A stretch of DNA of 64,000 nt from an uncultured Gammaproteobacteria bacterium. GTDB taxonomy: Bacteria; Patescibacteriota; Microgenomatia; Daviesbacterales; UBA10151. Made by a program: the position numbers and the translations under genes. The notes under the pieces are model-generated. The model saw only the letters and a program-made list of their open reading frames with translations, was not told where the DNA came from and searched no databases. The stretch is taken from NCBI GenBank assembly GCA_964446685.1, contig CAYUPO010000001.1:104502-168501 (forward strand). Reading direction: 5' to 3'. This document shows, in pieces, positions 57,913 to 64,000 of the stretch (positions are counted from its first letter, which is position 1; each line of letters opens with the position of its first letter).

Positions 57913-60036
57913 TTAGGATTGTGTGGGTGACGGTGTTTCAGTTGAGGCTTTTTCATCTTTTGGTTTGGTCCATGAGGCGAAAGTGCAGTTTGGCCAATTT
58001 TTGCAGCCATAAAAAGTTTTGCCTTTTTTAGTTTTTCTGACCATGATATCTCCCCCATCCTGCGGGCATTTGGCGTCAATTTGTTCAACTATTGGTTCGG
58101 TATGTTTACAGTCAGGAAAGCCGGAACAGGCAAGGAATTTACCAAATTTACCGGTTCTGACCAGTAGATCTTTTCCACACTCAGGACATTGTTTATCAAC
58201 TTTTTCTACCTCAAGTGCTACTCTGTCGGCAGTACCTCCAATCACTTCAACTTTTTTCTCAAAAGGTCGGAAAAAATCAGCAATCGTCTGTTTCCACTGT
58301 CTTTCACCACGGGAAACCTCATCCAGTCTGTCCTCCATCTGAGCGGTAAATTCATAATCAAAAACCTCAGCAAAATGTTTCATCAAAAAATCATTTACTG
58401 CCATACCTAGCGGGGTAGATTTGAATTTCCGTTCTTCCCGTTCAACATAAAACCGGTCCTGAATGGTCGAAATAATTGGAGCATAAGTAGAAGGACGGCC
58501 AATGCCCAGCTCTTCCAGTCTTTTCACCAAAGAAGCTTCGGTAAACCGGGGCGGTGGCTGAGTAAAATGTTGAGCAGGAGTAACTTTTTTCTCATCAAGT
58601 GGCTCATCCTGATTTAATTCAGGGAGAACCTGTTTTTTATCTTCACTTTTTTCTTCAGCTGAGGGTTGTTCAGCTTCTTCTTCAACAAACTGTTTGACAC
58701 CGTAAAGCTTTAACCAGCCGTCAAATTTTAAAATTGTTCCGGTAGTTCGGAGCAAATAGCTTTCAGTCGTCTGTCGTCTGTCATCTGTCGTCTGATCTAT
58801 GCTTTTTGCTGATGACTGATCGCTGATGGCTGATGGCTTGGCTGTTACATCAACAGTTGTCTGGTCTAGTACCGCATCAGCCATTTGAGAAGCCAAAGTT
58901 CTTTTCCAGATCAAGTCATACAGCTTTTTGTGATCCCGGGTAAACTGGTCGATGTTTAATTTTTCTCCCGGAAGTGCCATATTTGTCGGTCTGATCGCTT
59001 CATGAGCTTCCTGGGCATTTTTGGATTTAGCTTTGTAAATCCGTTTCATAGCTGGGACATAAGCTGCACCATAGGTTGAGCCAATATATTCTCTGGCTGA
59101 TTCGACTGCTTCTGAAGAAAGATTGACTGAATCGGTTCTCATGTAGGTGATCATTCCCTGTTCATACAGATTTTGGGCTAACATCATGGCTTTTTTAGCA
59201 CTCATACCCAGTTTATTGCCTGCTGCCTGCTGAAGCGTTGAAGTGGTAAAAGGAGCTGAAGGATATCGTTTGACCTCTTTTTTATTTACTTTCGTGACTA
59301 AATATGAAGCCACTTCCAGATCTTTTACTATGGCTTCAGCTTCCTCTGTATTTTTTATTTCAACTTTTTTACCATCTTTTTCAACCAATTCAATCCGAAA
59401 TTCCTGGCCACTTTTTTTTGCCACTACGACTTCAATACTCCAGTATTCAACTGGCTTAAAAGCATCAATTTCCCGGTCTCTTTCGACGATTAGTCTAAGG
59501 GCGACTGACTGAACCCGGCCGGCAGATAACCCTCTTTTAACTTTTTTCCAAAGTAGAGGAGACAATTTATATCCTACTAAACGGTCTAATACTCGTCTGG
59601 CCTGTTGAGCATCAACTAGCTTGGTGTCCAGATCTCTGGGGTGTAAAAAAGCATCTTTAATAGCACTTTCAGTGATCTCATGAAAAACCACCCGTTTGAT
59701 ATCATGAACCATCGCTTTTTCACCTTTTTTAGGTTTGATATCCTCAATAATAGACCTGATATGCCAGGCAATTGCTTCACCTTCACGGTCAGGATCGGAG
59801 GCCAGCCAGATATTTTTAGCTCCTTCAGCGATCTTTTTCAGTTCATTTACTTTTTTCTTTTTATCACGGGGAATTATGTATTTAGGATCAAAATTACCAG
59901 CTGTATCTACCCCCATCTCGGACTTTGGCAGGTCACGGATATGTCCCATGGAGGCTTCAATCCGGTAATCTTTGCCCAAAAAACGGGCTAAGGTACGGGC
60001 TTTGGTAGGTGACTCAACAATTACTAAGTTATTCAT
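57913..60036 (-). CDS. topA: DNA topoisomerase I
   Basis: 707 aa; Toprim N-terminus, C-terminal C4 zinc ribbons; internal low-complexity insert. Confidence 0.9.
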   Translation of the reverse strand: MNNLVIVESPTKARTLARFLGKDYRIEASMGHIRDLPKSEMGVDTAGNFDPKYIIPRDKKKKVNELKKIAEGAKNIWLASDPDREGEAIAWHIRSIIEDIKPKKGEKAMVHDIKRVVFHEITESAIKDAFLHPRDLDTKLVDAQQARRVLDRLVGYKLSPLLWKKVKRGLSAGRVQSVALRLIVERDREIDAFKPVEYWSIEVVVAKKSGQEFRIELVEKDGKKVEIKNTEEAEAIVKDLEVASYLVTKVNKKEVKRYPSAPFTTSTLQQAAGNKLGMSAKKAMMLAQNLYEQGMITYMRTDSVNLSSEAVESAREYIGSTYGAAYVPAMKRIYKAKSKNAQEAHEAIRPTNMALPGEKLNIDQFTRDHKKLYDLIWKRTLASQMADAVLDQTTVDVTAKPSAISDQSSAKSIDQTTDDRRQTTESYLLRTTGTILKFDGWLKLYGVKQFVEEEAEQPSAEEKSEDKKQVLPELNQDEPLDEKKVTPAQHFTQPPPRFTEASLVKRLEELGIGRPSTYAPIISTIQDRFYVEREERKFKSTPLGMAVNDFLMKHFAEVFDYEFTAQMEDRLDEVSRGERQWKQTIADFFRPFEKKVEVIGGTADRVALEVEKVDKQCPECGKDLLVRTGKFGKFLACSGFPDCKHTEPIVEQIDAKCPQDGGDIMVRKTKKGKTFYGCKNWPNCTFASWTKPKDEKASTETPSPTQS

Positions 60037-60141
60037 AAGTTAGGTATTTAGTATATGGGGTATTTAAAAGAAAGAAAACTATCAAAAGACAAATTCTTTC
60101 AGAAATACTTCGCAGAGGAATTGTACACGGCGTGTCAATAT

Positions 60142-60420
60142 TTAAATGCTGACGAGTTTTTGAATACCAGCAATTGGTGCTTTAAGATTTAATCTCTCAG
60201 AATTTACTATCACATTGTTAGCATGATAGGCGTATTTAAAGAGTGAACCAATAGACAGTAAAGCTGGCACCAGACTGACATCTCCCCGATGTTCCGGTAA
60301 TATAAACGCATTTAAAGCTACTATAAAAGAAGCTGCTAATGCAGCAATAAGTGGATATCTGGCCTTTTCACTTTGCCTGTTTACTTCATTGATTATCCGA
60401 CGATAGTTTTCATTAGACAT
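60142..60420 (-). CDS. hypothetical small membrane protein
   Basis: 92 aa. Confidence 0.3.
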   Translation of the reverse strand: MSNENYRRIINEVNRQSEKARYPLIAALAASFIVALNAFILPEHRGDVSLVPALLSIGSLFKYAYHANNVIVNSERLNLKAPIAGIQKLVSI

Positions 60421-60433
60421 AATTAGAATAAAG

Positions 60434-60865
60434 CTATGGACAATTAATAACTAAATTTTGGCGGGCAACTTCTGTTGATTTTTCCTGACCCTGGGGAGTT
60501 TGATATCCTCGGATTAAAAATTCATGTCCATTTTGAATATCTACTCTACCTGTACCAGTTCTGTATAAACCCCGCGGCTCTCGGGTCATTAGAGAATGGT
60601 AACCTATTTTTTCATTTCCTCCCGCGACAATTCCTTCCTGCCCGGTAGTAGTGTTTAAAACTCCGATCGCTAAAGCCATTTCCGGATCACCTCCTGAAAA
60701 AGAAATATTCATTGCAATCGGCTGTCCTGGTTCTTTTGGACATTCGAAATCAGCTTCTAAGCTGGGCTGGAAGGATAATAGTCTTCCGCTCAAAGCCAAG
60801 ATAGATAATGATCTACCAGAATTTCGGCGAATTTTGTCAAACTCTTTTTTTAGTACTTCTAACAT
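60434..60865 (-). CDS. hypothetical protein
   Basis: 143 aa. Confidence 0.35.
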   Translation of the reverse strand: MLEVLKKEFDKIRRNSGRSLSILALSGRLLSFQPSLEADFECPKEPGQPIAMNISFSGGDPEMALAIGVLNTTTGQEGIVAGGNEKIGYHSLMTREPRGLYRTGTGRVDIQNGHEFLIRGYQTPQGQEKSTEVARQNLVINCP

Positions 60866-60906
60866 TATAATTATATTATAAGTCTAAATTGTAAGAATTC
60901 CAAGCA

Positions 60907-63456
60907 TCAATATTGTTTAAATATTTCGCTTGTAAGTGTGAAAGTTGATCCTTTTTGTAGTTTATCTTCCAACATCATTTTTGAAAGGTTGGATTCGATT
61001 TTGTCCTGAATTAAACGGCGCAGGGGTCTGGCTCCTAAAATAGGATCAAAACCCTGTCTGGCAAGCTCAGCAATCAGCTCTTTATCAAAATTAACCACAT
61101 ACCCCTGCTCCAGTAATTTTTGCTTTAATGCTTTTAATTTAATCTGAACGATCTCCTCCAGATCAAACTGTGACAGCGGCTTAAAAATAACCACTGAATC
61201 AAACCGGTTCACCAACTCCGGCTTCATCACTTTCAGCAACTCATCTCTGACTTCACTATTTATCTGCTCTAAACTTTTATTTGCTTTCAGACCATCTACT
61301 ATTAATAATGACCCCACGTTGGAAGTGGCAATAATAATCGTGTTAGTAAAATCAACTGTTTTGCCATCTCCTCCGGTCAGTCTCCCATCTTCCAGTATTT
61401 GCAGAAAAAGTGTCAGAATTTGCGGACTGGCTTTTTCAAATTCATCAAGCAATATCAGGCAATAAGGCTTATTTTTGATCGCTTCAGTCAGTTCACCAGG
61501 ATTTTCTGAAGTACCAAGCAACCGACTGGCTGATTCGCTTGACTGATACTCTGACATATCAAAACGGACAAAATAACTAGAGCTTGATTTGTCAACGTTG
61601 TTGCCAAAATAGACCTCTGACAAAGTTTTGGCAAGCTCAGTTTTACCAACTCCGGTGGGACCAACAAATAAAAATGAACCAATCGGACGGCTCTCTTCCC
61701 GTAAAGCTGTGGCTGCCCGCCGGAGTGTGTCTGCAACAGCTGTCACAGCCTGAACCTGATCGATCATCCGCTGATGAATAGCGTCCTCCAAATGGAGTAG
61801 GTTTTGCTTTTGATTTTGATCAAGCTCAAGCAAAGGCATATTTATCTGACGGGATAAAACAGTTTTAACCGTATCGGAAGAAATAACTTTGGCAGTAGTC
61901 TGAGTTTTACATTCATTATAAAGATACAAAGCTGAATCAGGCAGTTTTCTTTCATGAATATACTGTTTAGCTTTTTTGGCGATATAGTCCAAAGCCGGAA
62001 AAGTGGTTGTTATCCCCTGTGTCATCAAGGTTTCAATCGAACGGATTTTTAAGATACTAAGTGTTTCTTCAACAGTAGCTTCAGGTACTTCTACTTTATG
62101 AAAAAGCCTGGCTAAACTGCCCTCTTTTTCCAAAATCCGGGCGTAATTTCCCGGTTCAGTTGAAGCAATAAATTGAAAAGTATTTGATTCAAGATACGGA
62201 GTTAACAGAGAATAAATATTATAACTTTTGGATGCGTCCCCGATTCCTAATTCATGTATTTCATCAATAAAGACGATTACATCACCGCTTTGCTGTACCT
62301 CTTCAAAAGCTGCTTTTATTTTTTTAGCCATATCACCCTCTGAATTAACATTTGATAACAGTTTACTGGGCTCAAGTTTAACCAGCCTCCTGGTGGCCAA
62401 TACAGCTGGCGCATCGCCTGAAATAATCATTTTTGCCAGATACTGAACTAAGGTTGATTTTCCAACTCCAGGCTCACCCACCAGTAAAGCATTGCGATCT
62501 GTATCCTGGGATAAAATAGCTGTAACTTGGCTGACCACCTCTTCCCTGCCAAAAAAATCTTCAAAATACTGATACGAAGCCTGCAGTGTCAGATCGGTTG
62601 ATATAGCATCTAGTGCTGGTGTCGGAGCACCCAACCAGCCTCTGTTAGTTCCTTTGAGATGCCGGGTATGGAAATCCTCATCCCAGATATAGGATTTGCG
62701 CCACATCTGGTCTGTCTGTTCAATAAAAGTTTGCGCTCTTAAAAAGTCATCAATGGTTATCTGATTTTTAACAAGTTCAGGCTGAACTTCGGGAATAGTT
62801 TTTAAAAAGGCGATGAAAAAATCACTGACGCTAATGTGCCGTGCAGCTCTTTTTTTAGCCAGCATGAACGCTTCTTCGGCTAATTTAGACTGGTCAAAAG
62901 AAAGTGACTGAGGAATCTTCCATTCTTCAAGTTCCAATACTTTTAGTAGTTTTTTAATCTGACTTTTTTGCAATAAGATCTCCAGTTTGACCTCTTTTTG
63001 TTTAACTCTGGTAGCTTTCCAGATCTCTTTAGCGGATGTTATCTGCCAGGTTTTTTTAATGGGATGATAGATCAGATGATGAATAAAAAGAGCCAGTCCA
63101 AATATATTTCCAGCGAGTACCGGCAGATACAGCCACTCCTTAAAAGGAAGCAGATTGAGAAAATACATTAAAAGTGCCGGGGGAAGAATAATCCAGACAA
63201 TGGACAAAACAAATACAGAGACTGATGCGACCAGCATCGTGACAACTCCGCTTAATATTCTGACCAATCGGAAAATAAAACTGAGAATTCGCCCGACAAA
63301 AGAGGAGTCATGAAACAAAGGCACAAACATCAACCGCCACATCAGACCTACAGCCATATCTTCTTCTATTAAAAAAAGCAGATTTCGCCAGATTCGGATC
63401 AGTGTCTGGATGCCATCGATATACCAAAACCGGATCAAATGTAGGGGCAGCAACAT
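60907..63456 (-). CDS. Clp/Hsp100-family AAA+ ATPase with two nucleotide-binding domains and an N-terminal multi-pass membrane domain
   Basis: 849 aa; GEPGVGKS and GPTGVGKTE Walker A sites; first ~150 aa hydrophobic. Confidence 0.8.
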   Translation of the reverse strand: MLLPLHLIRFWYIDGIQTLIRIWRNLLFLIEEDMAVGLMWRLMFVPLFHDSSFVGRILSFIFRLVRILSGVVTMLVASVSVFVLSIVWIILPPALLMYFLNLLPFKEWLYLPVLAGNIFGLALFIHHLIYHPIKKTWQITSAKEIWKATRVKQKEVKLEILLQKSQIKKLLKVLELEEWKIPQSLSFDQSKLAEEAFMLAKKRAARHISVSDFFIAFLKTIPEVQPELVKNQITIDDFLRAQTFIEQTDQMWRKSYIWDEDFHTRHLKGTNRGWLGAPTPALDAISTDLTLQASYQYFEDFFGREEVVSQVTAILSQDTDRNALLVGEPGVGKSTLVQYLAKMIISGDAPAVLATRRLVKLEPSKLLSNVNSEGDMAKKIKAAFEEVQQSGDVIVFIDEIHELGIGDASKSYNIYSLLTPYLESNTFQFIASTEPGNYARILEKEGSLARLFHKVEVPEATVEETLSILKIRSIETLMTQGITTTFPALDYIAKKAKQYIHERKLPDSALYLYNECKTQTTAKVISSDTVKTVLSRQINMPLLELDQNQKQNLLHLEDAIHQRMIDQVQAVTAVADTLRRAATALREESRPIGSFLFVGPTGVGKTELAKTLSEVYFGNNVDKSSSSYFVRFDMSEYQSSESASRLLGTSENPGELTEAIKNKPYCLILLDEFEKASPQILTLFLQILEDGRLTGGDGKTVDFTNTIIIATSNVGSLLIVDGLKANKSLEQINSEVRDELLKVMKPELVNRFDSVVIFKPLSQFDLEEIVQIKLKALKQKLLEQGYVVNFDKELIAELARQGFDPILGARPLRRLIQDKIESNLSKMMLEDKLQKGSTFTLTSEIFKQY

Positions 63457-63489
63457 ATTATATAGTGTAGCAGGAAAAGAGGGTGGGAG

Positions 63490-63530
63490 TTAATTAGTTA
63501 ATTAGTTAATTAGTTAATTAGTTAATTAGT
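63490..63530. repeat. tandem octamer TTAATTAG x5 upstream of the Clp ATPase gene
   Basis: read directly. Confidence 0.8.
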
Positions 63531-63624
63531 GAACAGGTTATAAGCCAAGCATCTGTGCTAAAACTTTTTTGGTTGATTTAACTTTTAATCTGATTAACTA
63601 TTCTCTAGTTAACTGATTAACTCG

Positions 63625-64000
63625 CTAAAACACCCTAACAACATTGCCTAAGGCATCCAGCTCTACAAAATGCTTGGCCCGGCCTTCAACAAAAGCGGCA
63701 CATTGATTTTCCGGAAGACTATCACTGGAAATTCGGGGATTGTGGACTATATCGACTACCCAGTCTGGCAGCAAGTCATTGGTCAGACAGGGACCTGTTG
63801 TAAAATCTATTCCTAAATCTTTCTTTTGCAGATAAACTTTTTTTGCCTGATCAACTGCATTGTCAGCTTCTATATCAACGCCAACTTTGTAGCCGTTTTT
63901 AAGTTTTCTTTCAAAAGGATTATGATTGTTTCCAAATACTGTAACCAGTGAAACGACCACAATGACTGAAAGAACTAAGAAAAATAATTTATCCTGTCTT
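63625..64000 (-). CDS. hypothetical protein, 5' end runs off the window
   Basis: the frame stays open upstream of the GTG at 63960 through a hydrophobic signal/TM-like segment to the window edge. Confidence 0.35.
   Translation of the reverse strand, partial: RQDKLFFLVLSVIVVVSLVTVFGNNHNPFERKLKNGYKVGVDIEADNAVDQAKKVYLQKKDLGIDFTTGPCLTNDLLPDWVVDIVHNPRISSDSLPENQCAAFVEGRAKHFVELDALGNVVRVF

Noticed and set aside
1-64000. tRNA, rRNA, tmRNA genes
   Set aside because: I scanned the ORF-free spacers for GGTTCGA(A/T)TCC T-loop and acceptor-stem patterns and found none. Spacers are dominated by repeats. A proper tRNAscan/Infernal run is still needed.

Overview
This 64 kb window comes from a low-GC bacterial chromosome and is densely packed with housekeeping genes, mostly on the minus strand. 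I found no rRNA, tRNA or CRISPR array by eye.

Gene content by function:
- Purine de novo synthesis: purE, purK, purB, two archaeal-type purP paralogs, a large single-chain purL, a purN-like formyltransferase, folD, glyA and guaA.
- Sugar-phosphate metabolism: pgi, zwf, gnd and a ROK-family glucokinase.
- Information processing: cysS, proS, tig, frr, tsf, rpsB, rpsU, dnaX, recR, ybaB, rarA, topA, ybeY and a YqeY-domain protein.
- Envelope and other: uppP, rseP, a PAP2 phosphatase, an M16 peptidase, a SIMPL-domain protein, cmk, and a Clp/Hsp100 ATPase with a membrane-spanning N-terminus.
- A compact pyrimidine-deoxynucleotide cluster: folA, a ThyA-family enzyme, a Dcd/Dut-fold protein, a cysteine-less ThyA-fold paralog, tmk, a MazG-like pyrophosphohydrolase, pyrG and two unknowns.

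Three things stand out:
1. A dispersed family of short palindromic elements (core GTCATTCC...GGAATGAC, plus a CTGAACCGATTCGG...CTTGTTTCAG variant) sits at 10 or more loci. Two copies are in-frame insertions inside guaA and rarA, much like Rickettsia palindromic elements.
2. Two small GIY-YIG (COG2827-type) nuclease genes are each bracketed by inverted repeats built from the same motifs. One bracketing 16-mer recurs verbatim inside the guaA insertion. This suggests a nuclease-associated mobile palindromic-element system.
3. In the pyrimidine cluster, the ThyA-family enzyme carries Asp at the position of the uracil-selecting Asn, and a second ThyA-fold paralog has no cysteine at all. Together with the Dcd/Dut-fold, MazG-like, Tmk and unknown proteins, this resembles phage pyrimidine-hypermodification modules.

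Several AT-rich intergenic spacers also share an architecture of tandem 7-8-mers arranged as inverted repeats.
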